From positions 134,478,001 through 134,542,000 of the forward strand of contig NC_042998.1 in NCBI RefSeq assembly GCF_006345805.1: a stretch of DNA of 64,000 bases. Direction: 5' to 3'. The notes below the pieces were generated by a model. The model made no database searches and was not told where the DNA came from. It saw nothing but the letters and a program-made list of their open reading frames with translations. This DNA comes from Octopus sinensis (taxonomy: Eukaryota). The position numbers and the translations under genes were made by a program. Numbering within the stretch: position 1 is the stretch's first letter; each line of letters opens with the position of its first letter. Below are positions 39,201-48,794 of this stretch, piece by piece.

Positions 39201-42085
39201 AATCCACCTCTCCTAAAATTGCTGGCCTTGTGCCAAAATTTGAAATCAATGTCAATTAAAACACTTGTGTATTTTATTGGAATTACAGTTATGGAAAGGT
39301 TAATATCTACAGAAAAGATATAAATGCTGTAGCTTCCTGTTTCTCTCTCCTCTATAAAATAACCTCATTTTGTGCCAAGTTAAAATACACTATTATTTCA
39401 CTCTGGTAGAATAGGAGGAAATTAGTTTAATAGTCACTCGATTCCGTTATTGTCCAATAATGTAATTATTTGTATTTCTTTATTTGTAGTTTAATACAAA
39501 CATCTCCTTTGAATCGTCAACTCTCCCATCGCAATCAGAACCCAGTGATGACAATATGGATGTTTCATCTGCCCCATATTCATGCCCTGTCATATACTCT
39601 CAGCCTCGGTCATGCATCATGTGTGCTGCAGGAGACTCTGTAAGTATTATATTGATTATGGATTATAGCTTCATTTAGCTTCATTTTCAGTTTTTGTGGG
39701 TGTTTTTTTGAGGTCTGAAATAATTTTCTTCATATAGGTGCAGGCATTGCTGTGTGGTATGATGTTTGCTTCCCAAACACATGGTCCTGGGTTCAGTGTC
39801 CCACTGCATAGTACCTTAGGCAAATGTCTTCTACTATAGCCCCAGGTCAACCAAAGCCTTGTGAGTGGATTTGACCGATGGAAACTTAAAGAAGCCTGTT
39901 GCATGTGTATGTGTGTTTTCCATACTGCTGCTTGACCACCAGTGTCTGTTTGTTCACAACCTCATAATTTAGCAGTTTGGCAAGAGACCAATAAAATACA
40001 AGGCTTTTAAAAGAAGTACTAAGGTCGATTTTTTCAACTAAAAACCCTTCGAGTCAATGCCCCAGCCTGAGTACAGTTCAGTGACTGAAACAAGTAAGAG
40101 ATAGAACATATATATATATGTAAAAACCTTGCCAAGACTGACCTCACCTGTGCTGGTACCATGTAAAAACCATCCAGTTCGCACTGTGAAGTGGTTGGCA
40201 TTTTGGAAGGGCATCCAGCTGTAAAAACCATGCCAAAACTGACCTCACCTGTGCTGGTGCCATGTAAAAAGCACTGTCCACTCTGTGGGGTGGTTGGTAT
40301 TAGGAAGGGTCATCCAGTCGTAAAAAGCCTTGCCAAAACAGTCACAGTAGCCTGGAATAATCTTTTACATGGCCAGCTCCTGAAAAACAGCCCAATCCAT
40401 GCTAGCATGGAAGGCAGACGTTAAATGATGATGATGATGATTTCATCTGGTGAAAATTTCCCCTCTAAAGTAGGTAGGATGTAAACAGATTTTTAAACCA
40501 CTGCAAGCGATACATTGGCATCCTCGTGGATGGAATACTAGTGTATCAGGAAAAATTTGGTACGTGCTGCTTTAAAGCTACGGAGGATATGGAAAACTGT
40601 TATTGCCGACATTTTTTAAAAAGAAAGAGATGTGGTAGTGGTGAGGTCTTTTGTAATAAAAGACAACTCTAAACATGACTATTTTAATCGGAGTTGTCTC
40701 CCTCAACAATCTCAACTTTATCGATTTGTATGTAAACTAATGAAGATTTTTAAAATATAGCACAGATAGGGCTATGTAATTATGAAGTTCTATCCCAATG
40801 TATGGAACTTTAGGAAAGTCTCCTTTACCATTGCTTTACTCGACAAATTTTTCATGGCCAGTGGAAATCATGTAGAAACACTCATATATATATTAGTGAG
40901 AAAATTGATAAATTCAGAGCTTTTGAACAAAGATACCTTATGGTATATGCTCTGTCCGTGTTGCACTGGCACACCTTTATTACTCTCACTGCCATGCATG
41001 CAGTGAACCAGTGACTGGTTCTGTTCTGGACTACTGGACTACTTCTGTTCTTCAGTGATAGATTTATGTTCACACCACCAAAATCTGGACCTTTTGGCAC
41101 CTTTATCAGTCATACTGTTGTAAGAATTGGGCCAAGACTTCAGTCCTTTCTTCTTTCAACCAATCTCAAGAGCAGTGAGAAGTTTCATGGGCACTTCCCT
41201 TCTGTGACTAAGCAACAGAAAAAAGTTATTTGCCTGTAATCCACTACTCTTTAAAACATATTTTCCTGTGTTTATTATATACACAGTGATGATGATGGAC
41301 TGCCAGAGTCATTAGAGCATCGGGCACATTGTCATGTAGCTACAACTCTTTACATTCTGATTTCAAATCCCACTGAAGATTTTTGTCAAAGCTGTGCTGG
41401 AATTTATGCTATTAATGTGAGCTAAAACAGCAGAAGACTAGTAGAACTGGTGGCATGCTGGGCTAAATATTTTTGAATATTCTAACTCATCTCTTCATTC
41501 TGAGATTAAATCGTGCTTGATTCAACTTTGCTTTTAATTCTTTAGTCTTGAGGATGTAGGTACTAGTCAAGCAAGAGTAAATTCATTTGGCCTATATTTT
41601 CTTTACAAATTTTAGACCTCATGCTTATATAATTAAGTTTGGTATTGATGAACATCTACTACTACCTGTGCAAGATAACATCTGCTGTGTTTCAGTTAAG
41701 TATTGATAAAGAGATATGGGCATTGAATGTGGAATGCTGATGGATTTTGAGAGGAATGAATTGTGATGTGGTTCAACGAAATGCAACATTAACAAGTAAG
41801 GGAAAGGTGGACAAGGGAACTGAGAAAATGACCGGGTTTTAAAAGGCTTCGGCCATTATATGCAGGGGAGACAACAGTGTTGCTATTAACGTAATGTGAA
41901 TGGTGCATTGACTTGTTAAATAATTACTTTCTCTTGTGAATTGACATTAATGACGATGTTGACAACTGAAATTTACATCAGTTTATTAACTTTCTGCTTG
42001 ATATACACAGATTCAAATTATTGTTTTTCTTTTCACTTTTTTTTCTCTTGGCTTGCAGGGTCACATAAACCATATATTGAGGTGA
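2249..42085 (+). CDS. C10orf143: Spliced gene, 4 coding exons, 131 aa, C10orf143-like small protein (join 2249-2344, 31330-31452, 39490-39639, 42059-42085)
   Basis: All three introns are GT-AG and phase 0, and the joined frame is open: [131 protein letters not shown]. The C-terminal CxxCxAG[DE]SGHxxH matches the C10orf143 tail as I recall it (QPCPRCIAGESGHFSH). Orthology is not search-verified, and extra exons cannot be excluded. Confidence 0.7.
3241..3437 (-). mobile_element. SINE with a conserved central domain (Nin/Sauria-like CTTTGCCTTTCATCCT...GATAAATTAAGTACCAG)
   Basis: Reverse complement of the family also seen at 4248, ~10590, ~13395, ~13950 and 38808. Confidence 0.75.
4248..4470 (+). 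mobile_element. SINE, same Nin-like family
   Basis: GAGTTCAAATTCCGCCGAGGTCAATTTTGCCTTTCATCCT...AAATAAGTACCAG core with a B-box-like GAGTTCAAATTC. Confidence 0.8.
5925..6260 (-). mobile_element. Degenerate RTE LINE 3' fragment
   Basis: Homologous to the 3' end of the RTE copy at 18190-19863 (GTTGGCATTAGGAAGGG; CTCACTGAGGAAATGAC). Confidence 0.6.
6573..6909. mobile_element. hAT-type MITE relic
   Basis: Ends CAATGGTTCTCAATC and GGTTGAAAATCCCTC resemble the CAGTGGTTCTCAACC-type hAT TIR. Flanks CTCTAATG / TCCTAATG are a degenerate 8-bp TSD. Confidence 0.55.
7765..8880. mobile_element. Cluster of CORE-type tRNA-derived octopus SINE copies in both orientations, with internal (TA)n
   Basis: Repeated head GGCTGTGTGGTAAGTAGCTTGCTTACCAACCACATGGTTC...CACCTTGGGCAAGTGTCTTC (7765, 8455). 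3' parts ending GACTGAAACAAGTAAAAGA at ~8015-8215 (minus), ~8285-8430 and ~8665-8880. Confidence 0.8.
9465..9830 (+). pseudogene. Decayed Tc1-like transposase N-terminus
   Basis: Translates to [19 protein letters not shown] and [16 protein letters not shown], resembling the Tc1 GRPRKTT and L..AGL.GR motifs, with stops and frameshifts. Confidence 0.55.
10821..11075 (+). mobile_element. Non-autonomous Helitron-like element, 5' part
   Basis: Starts TCTCTATATATATAAAACTGAGAATGTGTGTCTGTCTGTC. The same family occurs at 26285-27140 and 30540-30781. Class is inferred from the TC start and GTCT microsatellite. Confidence 0.6.
11390..12235 (+). mobile_element. 5' UTR and decayed ORF1 N-terminal half of an L1/Tx1-like element
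   Basis: Translates to ...[43 protein letters not shown], overlapping LAAILYNSEEDAQVLKISR of the copy at 50752-51900. The upstream TTGTTGTGTTGCA motif is shared with that copy. Confidence 0.55.
12346..12386. repeat. 41-bp palindrome resembling a Helitron 3' terminus on both strands
   Basis: ACTAGCACTATGACCCG-GCAATGA-CGGGTCATAATGCTAGT: CCCG/CGGG hairpin followed by CTAGT in either direction. Confidence 0.55.
12445..13235 (-). mobile_element. Decayed RTE LINE 3' fragment
   Basis: Homology to the RTE C-terminal coding region ([20 protein letters not shown]) and to its 3' tail. Confidence 0.7.
14521..14647. repeat. 127-bp palindrome (61-bp arms, 5-nt loop) in an RTE 3'UTR relic
   Basis: Left arm 14521-14581 and right arm 14587-14647 are reverse complements with about 7 mismatches, mostly transitions. 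Confidence 0.85.
15205..15490 (-). mobile_element. CORE-type SINE copy
   Basis: Reverse complement of the family tail (TTTTACTTGTTTCAGTCA...) and body (TTCTTTCAGTTTCC...AATCCACTCACAAGGC). Confidence 0.75.
15658..16872 (-). mobile_element. Penelope-like non-coding fold-back element A: ~80-nt unpaired end, hammerhead motif, 93-bp inverted copy
   Basis: Begins AATATTAGGGAGTAAATCCAAACTTACAGG like elements B and C. 15740-15832 is inverted at 16780-16872. Flanked by (TA)n. Confidence 0.7.
15995..16091 (-). ncRNA. Type I hammerhead ribozyme motif with a long (~21 bp) stem II and a weakened stem I
   Basis: Minus strand: TAAC-CTGAAGA-TTGACTATAACCATAATTCGAAT...ATTCGAATTAGGTTATGGGCAT-GAAA-C-AATC-G-TA-GTGG. 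Confidence 0.55.
16902..17110 (+). mobile_element. Short Penelope-like pLTR-type element carrying a minimal hammerhead-like motif
   Basis: A second copy in opposite orientation lies at 37658-37845. Both are embedded in (TA)n. Confidence 0.6.
16976..17013 (+). ncRNA. Minimal hammerhead-like motif with U at core position 6
   Basis: TCTTT-CTGTTGAA-GAGC-GTAG-GCTC-GAAA-CG-TA-AAAGA: 5-bp stem I, 4-bp stem II, palindromic ACGT in place of stem III. Confidence 0.45.
17255..17985 (+). mobile_element. RTE LINE 3'UTR fragment with an internal ~165-bp tandem duplication and (GAT)n tail
   Basis: Ends CCAACCCATGCCAGCATGGAAAGAGGACATTAAACGATGATGATG. Duplicated CCCTCA(T/G)TCATTGGACA...GGCACTCATGCCAG block. 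Confidence 0.75.
18190..19863 (+). mobile_element. 5'-truncated RTE-clade LINE (RT C-terminal half, PHD-like finger, 3'UTR, (GAT)n tail)
   Basis: [36 protein letters not shown] motifs. Premature TGA at 18800-18802 with the frame continuing to [16 protein letters not shown]. Flanked by (TA)n. Confidence 0.92.
19864..20914. repeat. ~1-kb degenerate (TA)n microsatellite expanse
   Basis: Directly visible; source of the spurious YI-rich ORFs. Confidence 0.95.
21095..21137 (-). ncRNA. Type I hammerhead ribozyme motif (antisense arm copy)
   Basis: Exact reverse complement of 25331-25373. Confidence 0.65.
25331..25373 (+). ncRNA. Type I hammerhead ribozyme motif, predicted cleavage after GUA at 25369
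   Basis: CCAC-CTGAAGA-TTGTC-GATCAA-GACAA-GAAA-C-AATT-G-TA-GTGG: full CUGANGA/GAAA/UH core, 4-bp stem I, 5-bp stem II, palindromic CAATTG stem III. Confidence 0.7.
25557..25935. mobile_element. Tc1/mariner-type MITE (379 bp)
   Basis: 25-bp TIRs CACTTGCGTCAGAAATTAATTAGCA / TGCTAATTAATTTCTGACGGTAGTG (2 mismatches), with TA on both flanks. Confidence 0.85.
26583..27140. mobile_element. Head-to-head inverted pair of the Helitron-like element around a short TA tract (third partial copy at 26285-26455)
   Basis: 26583-26838 is the reverse complement of 26861-27102, with diverged arms. Confidence 0.75.
27299..27670 (+). mobile_element. tRNA-derived SINE, second family, apparently full length
   Basis: GGAGGCGCAATGGCCCAGTGGTTAGGGC (A box) and GGTTTCGATTCCCAG (B box). 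A reverse copy of the 5' part lies at ~28270-28515. Confidence 0.8.
27765..28060 (+). mobile_element. CORE-type SINE, 5'-truncated
   Basis: GACCAAAGCCTTGTGAGTGGATTT...GACTGAAATAAGTAAAA. Confidence 0.7.
28786..28831 (-). ncRNA. Type I hammerhead ribozyme motif (antisense arm copy)
   Basis: Reverse complement of 28914-28959. Confidence 0.6.
28914..28959 (+). ncRNA. Type I hammerhead ribozyme motif, predicted cleavage after GUA at 28955
   Basis: CCAC-CTGATGA-ATGTCA-ATAGAAG-TGACAA-GAAA-C-GATC-G-TA-GTGG. Palindromic CGATCG stem III; A.A mismatch at the base of stem II. Confidence 0.62.
29080..29225 (+). mobile_element. CORE-type SINE 5' half, fused directly to the RTE 3'UTR array
   Basis: The family head ends abruptly at GGTAGACGGA, where the 61-bp array begins. 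Confidence 0.75.
29226..30502 (-). mobile_element. RTE LINE 3' fragment, same family as 18190-19863
   Basis: ORF 30009-30374 ([27 protein letters not shown]...GRGRPRK) is near-identical to ORF 18989-19429. Confidence 0.9.
29227..29812 (-). repeat. 61-bp GC-rich tandem repeat (~9.6 units) in an RTE 3'UTR
   Basis: Unit GCCAGGCGAGGCTGGCAACGGACACGAGCGGATGGTGCTTTTACGTGCTACCGGCACGGGG starts at 29227, 29288, 29347, 29408, 29469, 29530, 29591, 29652, 29713 and 29774. Confidence 0.95.
30540..30781 (-). mobile_element. Helitron-like non-autonomous element, 5' part
   Basis: Reverse complement of the 10821 family, ending CTCAGTTCTATATATATAGA on +. Confidence 0.6.
31330..31452 (+). CDS. Coding exon 2 of the C10orf143-like gene (41 aa)
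   Basis: Acceptor TTTTGTCTTTTCATTGCAG, donor CAG|GTGACT, 123 nt, phase 0/0, open frame. Confidence 0.75.
35920..36085 (-). mobile_element. CORE-type SINE 5' half
   Basis: Reverse complement of the family head. Confidence 0.75.
36795..36940 (-). mobile_element. RTE 3'-end fragment with (CAT)n
   Basis: CATCATCATCGTTTAACGTCAGCTTTCCATGCTAGCATGGGTTGGACG. Confidence 0.75.
37468..38035 (+). mobile_element. Full-length CORE-type SINE with a Penelope-like hammerhead element nested in its (TA)n (37658-37845, minus)
   Basis: SINE head at 37468 and tail to ~38035. The insert is the reverse complement of 16902-17110. Confidence 0.8.
37750..37787 (-). ncRNA. Minimal hammerhead-like motif with U at core position 6 (second copy)
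   Basis: Minus strand TCTTT-CTGTAGAA-GAGC-GTAG-GCTC-GAAA-CG-TA-AAAGA. Confidence 0.45.
38808..39245. mobile_element. Nin-like SINE (+) with a second copy nested in opposite orientation (~38960-39170)
   Basis: Two family cores, with CAGTTGAATACT repeated on both sides of the nested copy. Confidence 0.7.
39490..39639 (+). CDS. Coding exon 3 of the C10orf143-like gene (50 aa)
   Basis: Acceptor TTTCTTTATTTGTAG, donor TCT|GTAAGT, 150 nt, phase 0/0, encodes [13 protein letters not shown]. Confidence 0.8.
39735..40440 (+). mobile_element. CORE-type SINE (39735-40100) followed by an RTE 3'-tail fragment (40120-40440)
   Basis: Family head and tail motifs; CCATGCTAGCATGGAAGGCAGACGTTAAATGATGATG end. 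Confidence 0.7.
42059..42085 (+). CDS. Terminal coding exon of the C10orf143-like gene (GHINHILR*)
   Basis: Strong acceptor TTTTTTTTCTCTTGGCTTGCAG. In-frame TGA at 42083-42085 completes the conserved motif. AATAAA at 42233 and 42561. Confidence 0.8.
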   Translation, partial: GHINHILR

Positions 42086-44284
42086 TATGTCCCAGTGATG
42101 AGAAAATCTACAAGAATCCTCATAACTACAACTTTTACATGAAGGACTGGTCCTTCTCTTTTCTTTTTTTTTTTTTTTATACTTTTTCATAACTGACTGC
42201 TATGTCAAACTGAAGAGGGAGGCAACAGCTAAAATAAAAAGCTAGTCACCAACTATTAAAATTTTCCCTGATTTCCCTTGCTCTATCACTTTTTCTTTTT
42301 TTATAACACCCTTTCATTCTCCATTCTTTTTCATTGTACATCCTTTTCATTCGCTTTGTCTCTCTCTTGTTCTCTACCTCTGTCCCTTTGTTTTTTATTA
42401 CTCATCTGTCTTATCTGATCTCATATATATATATATATATATACATATATATATACATATATATATATGTGTGTGTGTGTATCTTATTTTACATTTTTTC
42501 ATAAATATTTATCTCTTAATTCTGCAATATATTATTGAAACAGGAACATCTAAAACAAATAATAAAGAATGTGATAGTTTCCATTAATTATCATTTTGTA
42601 AATGATATCTTGGTCATTATATTTTTAAAATAAGATCATCTTCATTTTAGTTATGAATGTTACAGCTACAGTGCTTGATTCTCATAAAAAAAATTAGCTC
42701 CAAACAAAATTCGATTCTTGAGTTACAACCACTTATTTTCATTAATGTTATTATATCCTTGAGAAACACAAACATCACAACTTCTCATTACCTTTCTATA
42801 AATTTGAGGTTTCATATATGGAAAACTCATCTTTAAGTGTTTAATCAAGTTATAATATGGAAGACTTGTGATTTTGCCTTTTTTTTATTTCTTTTTGCTG
42901 TTATTTTTTTATTGGTTTATATACTGACATTTTGAAGAAATCAAAATGAGAAATTCAATTTTTTTATATTTTTATAATAAAGTTACTGGTTGATGATTAC
43001 CTGAATATCATAGTATTTTCTTGTTTACATACAAACTGAGAATTGTTATTGTTATTATGTTGTCCTCTACATTAACAGTGCCAGAACAGAGATTTTGTTG
43101 ATAAGATGCTCTCTAAGGAGAGGTTTGTCTAAAGTAATCTAATAGGTAATGAAACTTCAAGCTAATACTTTCTAATATTGTAGTATTCCTGCTACTTGTG
43201 ACTTGGGATTGGACCCTATTAACAACTAGGTAGAATTAATGTAAAATAAGATCTTGACTCTGAACACAATTTAGAGCCAGTGAAGGGATCTAAGCCATTT
43301 TCACTTTAACCAGCTGCATAATAATTACTTGATAAACTTATCTCTATGAAGTGCTGTGTGTATTTATGCTTTATCAAAGATAATGTAGCAGGTTACATGA
43401 TTTTGCATTTCATCGGTGATATCTTGTCACTTGAAATGAGTTTACTATTATGAGGGCAATTGCATCAGTCTTAAATCTCAAGGCAGCATGTTGTACAATA
43501 AAAATGGCTTGGTCATAACTAAATTGCCTATTAGGTAATGAAGCTTGATACAGGTCAGCATATAGTCTTTCTCTAGCAAAAATTCCTGCTCAAAACATTA
43601 GGCTTCTCCTTGCCCTTACAGCAACCTAACTTATTCTCCTTTGTAAACTTTTTATATTCCCTATTTGCCAATACAAACTGACTATCACTAGATTCCTTGG
43701 ATTCTACTGTTTCACTTAGCTGTGTGTGTTAAGTTACATAGCTTAGTGGTTAGGGTTTTGATCCTGGTTTTGATTCCTAGATCAGAAGTCCATTACAATC
43801 TTGAGCAAAACATTTCATTTCATGTTACTCCAGTCCACTCAGCTGTAGTGATTAATAAAAATTCTCATATCTTCCATCTGTGTCTCATTAACCAAATTTA
43901 TATATAGAGAGCGGGGGGAGATTAGGATAAACTTATTTGGAAATGGATGTGTGGTGTTCAATCAAATAATAATATAAATAATATATATATATGCACATAT
44001 ATATATACTTATGCATATCCAACGACTGATGAAGGGTCGTTCTTTGTGTTACTTGTCTTGTTTTCCATTTGTTTCTCTCGTTTGCGTATTGAACTCATTT
44101 GTTGCCGTATTTGATGTTGTATATGTGTATATATATATATTACAAGCTTACTTGCTAATTGTGACACCAGCACTTGTTTTGGTACTGATGGGAAAATGAA
44201 TCACCGCTATCTGTAGTGGTCAAAACAGAACGTCCATGTTTAAGTGGGGATAAATATTACCTCTTGATATATATTCCATTCTCA

Positions 44285-44885
44285 GCAGAGTGACTCGTCA
44301 GCAACTAAAGAAAGACTTTGAGGCATACCGGATGGAGAAGTTCTTGAATGCTGCAGAGGAAAAGAAGAGCCTCAAGAAATGCAAGAGGGACGTGGTACTA
44401 TATAGATCGGAGGTGACGGCCCTGAAGAATACAGATAGAATACTGGTCAACGAGAAGAGCGAGATGGAAAAAGTTTGCGAAGACTTCTACACCAAGCTCT
44501 TTAAGTCTACCAGAAATGTCCAGCCGTTACCACCACTCCAATAGGAAGAAAACGTACCACCTATCCTTGTCAGTGAGGTTGAAAGAGCCATCGGCTCGAT
44601 GAAAAACGGAAAGGCGCCAGGGAAAGATGGTATAACATCGGAGGTGCTAAAGTCAGGTAGAGAGCAGCTCTGGAAAATCCTCGCTGAACGATCTACGCAC
44701 TATCTAGACGAGGGAAGAATTCCCTCGCAGTGGAAAGAGTCAAATACCATCCTGCTGTATAAGAAGGGCAACAGAGAAGATCTAAAGAACTACCGACCCA
44801 TATGCCTGCTGTCTCACGTCTATAAGCTGTTCACAAAGATAATTCTGAACAGGTTATCATGTCGTCTCAACGAACAACAACTGAG
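44285..44885 (+). mobile_element. Internal fragment of a different RTE-clade LINE (pre-RT and RT N-terminus)
   Basis: MKNGKAPGKDGIT, WKESNTILLYKKG, KNYRPICLLSHVYKLFTKII motifs; one in-frame stop. Confidence 0.85.
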
Positions 44886-45291
44886 GGAACACTTATTTCA
44901 CTTTAAAAACATCTCTGATGTCTTTTAGAAATGCAGTATATTTGCCTTTGTTTCATATACTGCTAATGTTCTCCAGCTGAATATGAATGTCACTCATTTC
45001 TCACTGCCATCATTTATAAATTTGTGATTTTTTAACTGAGTAAAAAGTCTAGTATTTTCATCACCTGATACATATAATTGATAATCCTTAATAAAATTAA
45101 AATGTCAGTCAGACTGCCATAAAATCCAAAATATAACCTAGGAATTCTTTCTGATAGACGTTTAACAATTTGACTGACTGTTCCTATTTCATCTTAGATA
45201 TTCTTTAATTTACATTTTTTGACCATCAAAACCATTTTAATTAAAATTCTATAGATTGACACAAAACCATTAATTTTTTTTGTTTGGAGTA

Positions 45292-45322
<31 letters not shown>

Positions 45323-46549
45323 TTGTGTATTTGAAACCAAAGGAATGAAAGAAAAAGTAAACTTTGACAGGTATTGAACTCAGAACACTGAGGTAAGAGA
45401 AAAATTAATATAAAGCCTTTAGTCTAGCACTCTACTATTTCTTCCATTCCACTGCTCTGAATAACAATAAGCTGCTTTATTAGAAGCCTATTGATTCTAG
45501 CATATATTACATTTTGAAAATAGAAGTGCTGAAAATATGTTATGGTGACTTCCTGGCATGTCTCAGTCTGCAACTGTTTCTATTTTCAGTTACCTATTCT
45601 GCTAATGTCATTGAGGAATGATATGATCATCACAACTTCCTATTTGTCATTCTTTGAATAAAATTCTGTTTTGTTATTTTTCTAAAATAAAGATATAAAT
45701 GTTTGTCATTTGTCCTTTTAATTATTTTATATTACTTTTTCTCTATCTTGTGTTATTGGTTTTGCAAATTGTCAGAACAAGTAACTTCAAAGAATCATGC
45801 TCGTCCTATGATCAATGAAGTGGGAATAAAATCTTTCAGCCAAGCAGTCTGAGGTTAGCACAGTTGTGTAGATTGACTAGGAACACAATACAAAGTTTCT
45901 AATTAGATTAGCATTTTTTAATTAAAACAGGAAGTGATCTTAGGGTTTACCCCTGGATACACTTTTTGTCTAGAGTATCTATTGAATAATTTCATTCTAC
46001 ATTTGTCAATCTTTAGACAGATGTTCAACATCAATAACGATTATATTTAGTTTCTGCAGATTTATTTCAGCACCCTGTTGTATTCTTTCCATTTTTTGTT
46101 ATGTGAGATACGTGACTAGATTACATGTCTAATTCAATTCACTTAGAAAACTCTTATATCACAACTGGAGTTTTTATAAATTGAGTAGTGACATCAGCAA
46201 AAATCTAGTCAATGATATTATATGTAAACAACTGCTGGTTGTTTGAAGGATGATATCACCATGGATCTGTCCAGTTAGATTTGCTGTGAAGCATATAAAG
46301 GAAACTAGTTCTGAAATGACAGAGCTTCACAGGCAGCAGCGTGAATGTCAGGGGTTTAGTGTTGTAAGCTATAGAGTGTAATAGCTGGTAAATTCTTACA
46401 TTTGGCAAAGTTTCCACAGTTATGAATGTCAAAATGCTGTGTTGTAAAAAGAACCATCTGCATTGACGCTAGCACAGCCATATTCTTGTTTTTTTTCTTT
46501 CTTAAGACCTTCTACTGCTATGAAGAGAACTGATATTACTTTTTCTTTT

Positions 46550-47503
46550 CTTGGAACTGTTGCATTCCATACAAACAGTTCATAATGACATAGATGCCAA
46601 TTTAAAGAATGCCACAGTATTGAAATATGCAGACGACATCAACCTGTACCTTGAAATCAAGAGGACTGATCCTGATGTCTACAACTCTTTCCTGCAATCA
46701 GACCTAGACACAATGCAGCAATGGATCACAGACTGGCAACTGAAACTGGCTGTGGACAAGTGAACCACCATGCATTTTGGGAGAAAAAACCCTGCGTCCA
46801 CATACTCCCTCCACAACACTGATATCAAGAAATCCTCTTGCGAGCGTGACCTAGGCATCATTGTCAGCAGTGATTTGCATTGGACAAAGCATATCTCTAA
46901 AATTGTCAAGAAGGCCGAGGGTGTCTTGGCATCACTCAGCAAGACTTTTGTTAGCCGCTCTCCAGCCATCTATTTAAAACTGTATACAGCTATGGTACGA
47001 CCGCACTTGGAATTCGCATCATCAGTTTGGAATCCCTATCTTGCTCAGAACATTGACCTCCTGGAATCTGTCCAGAGACGTGCAACCAAACGCATACCCT
47101 CCATCAGACACCTACCATATTCTGAGCGCCTTGTTTCCCTGGGCATGGATTCACTGAAGCTCCGGCGTCTGGCGACGGACTTGGTAAACACCCACAAGGT
47201 TATCAACCACCTCACCAACAACAACACTGAACACCTTTTTGATCTCCATGTGTCTAACACACGTGGACATGCCTACAAAGTCAGAAAACAACACAGCTCC
47301 CATGACTTTCGGAAACATTTTTTCACGCTCAGAGTTGCTGAAGCATGGAATAAACTGCCTGCGTCAGTTGTTGACTGCCATGACACTGCATCCTTTAAGG
47401 CCCTCATGCTTTCCGAAATCCGCCGAAACTACACCTGATTATATATACACTTTAGATGAGTTGTAGTGCACCTGAGCACTGTACACAATTATTATTATTA
47501 TTA
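46550..47503 (+). mobile_element. CR1/L2-group LINE 3' end with (TTA)n tail
   Basis: KYADD, RDLGIIVSSDL, VRPHLEFASSVWNP, LESVQRRATK, TRGH, FFTLRV..AWNKLP motifs. One stop at 46761-46763. 3' hairpin GTGC-ACCTGA-GCAC, then ATTATTATT. Confidence 0.9.
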
Positions 47504-48419
47504 TAAACTTTTAACAATAAAATGGATTACGAATTGAAAACATACAAGTTCTCTTCTCATTCCTCCATCTTGTTGTGAGATCCACTTATTCATTTTTGTA
47601 ACTAGATGATTCGATTCCAGCTTATTTTTGGCAAAGCTGCAATCTACAGAGAAGCAATATATTATTCAAGCATTTTATGACATTACCTTTTTAAAAGAAG
47701 AAAATGAAGAAATTGTCTCATAAATTTCATTCACCTTGTGAGGAACAGTACAAAATATACAAACATATATATATTTTATGTTACAAAAATTGAGTTAAGG
47801 ATGTTGATTTATAGGGTCCAAATCTCCAAAGAGTACAGAAGAATAGACAACTCTCAAGCACAGCCTGTGCTACTAAAATTCATTTCTTTGAGTTCTGTGG
47901 ATTTCATCAATCCAGAAACTTTACATTCATTTTCTTTTGGGTGGTTTAGCAGAAGTTTTTCAAATAAATTGCAAAAAAAAAAAGAAAAGAAAGTAAGAAA
48001 AAACAGCTGCTGTTATCAGAAATCACATTACTTTCTTCATCAGGTGAAGAGAGCAAGATGTAGGTGTATACTTCTTCACAAGATTCAGATGCTGGTTCAT
48101 GACTATGAAGGTTAGAAGTATGAGAACATGAAACTTCAGTTTTCTTGGGGGTGGTTTTCTTGTTACAATCATTGATTAACTGAAAGATATTCAAAATTTT
48201 GTGTAATTTTCTGACACTTTCAAGGGATGATCCATTTGAAGTGAATCCCCAGCAAAGAACAGTCCACAAATTTCACATATCACAATACTCGTTGATCTTA
48301 GATTAGATAGGTTCCATAGCCTACCACTCCATCTGGGAAGTTGCTATATTTTCAAACACAGCATCCAGAAATATACAGCCCTACTTTACTCTGTGGGCGA
48401 CTGGGATGGACAAGTGAGC

Positions 48420-48780
48420 TGTTCCTAAGAGAGATGAGGGCAGTCACACCACTGCATAACTGCTTGACTATCTCCACCTATTTGTCCAGACATATATTTT
48501 GAGCAGAGTCCTCTCTTCTACCAGTATTGAAAGCCTTTGTAAAAGTCAATAAATACAAGGAAAAGTGAGACATGATGTTCCATTGCAAGGTGAAAATCAT
48601 ATTGTCGATAATGCTAGACACTTGCTTTTGAAAAGAATTTGCTGAAATATTTTTGCTAGAAAGGAAATTTATTGATAATTTTCTCACACTTGTCTATCAC
48701 CCTTCTTCTTGGAGATGGTCGCTATCTGTACATCATTGAAATGTTGGGGAAAGTTACTGTATTGCCAACATTCATTAACA
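48420..48780 (-). pseudogene. Heavily decayed RTE (BovB-like) RT fragment
   Basis: QHFNDVQIATISKKKGDR and IDNMIFTL...FTKAFNT remnants. Confidence 0.55.
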
Positions 48781-48794
48781 GGTTTGTCATAATC

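Noticed and set aside
47738-48269. Overlapping 125-aa (+) and 107-aa (-) ORFs, including VKRARCRC and CEICGLFF segments
   Set aside because: No recognisable domain and no consistent splice chain. The region lies between LINE relics, and the hydrophobic tail comes from a poly(T) run.
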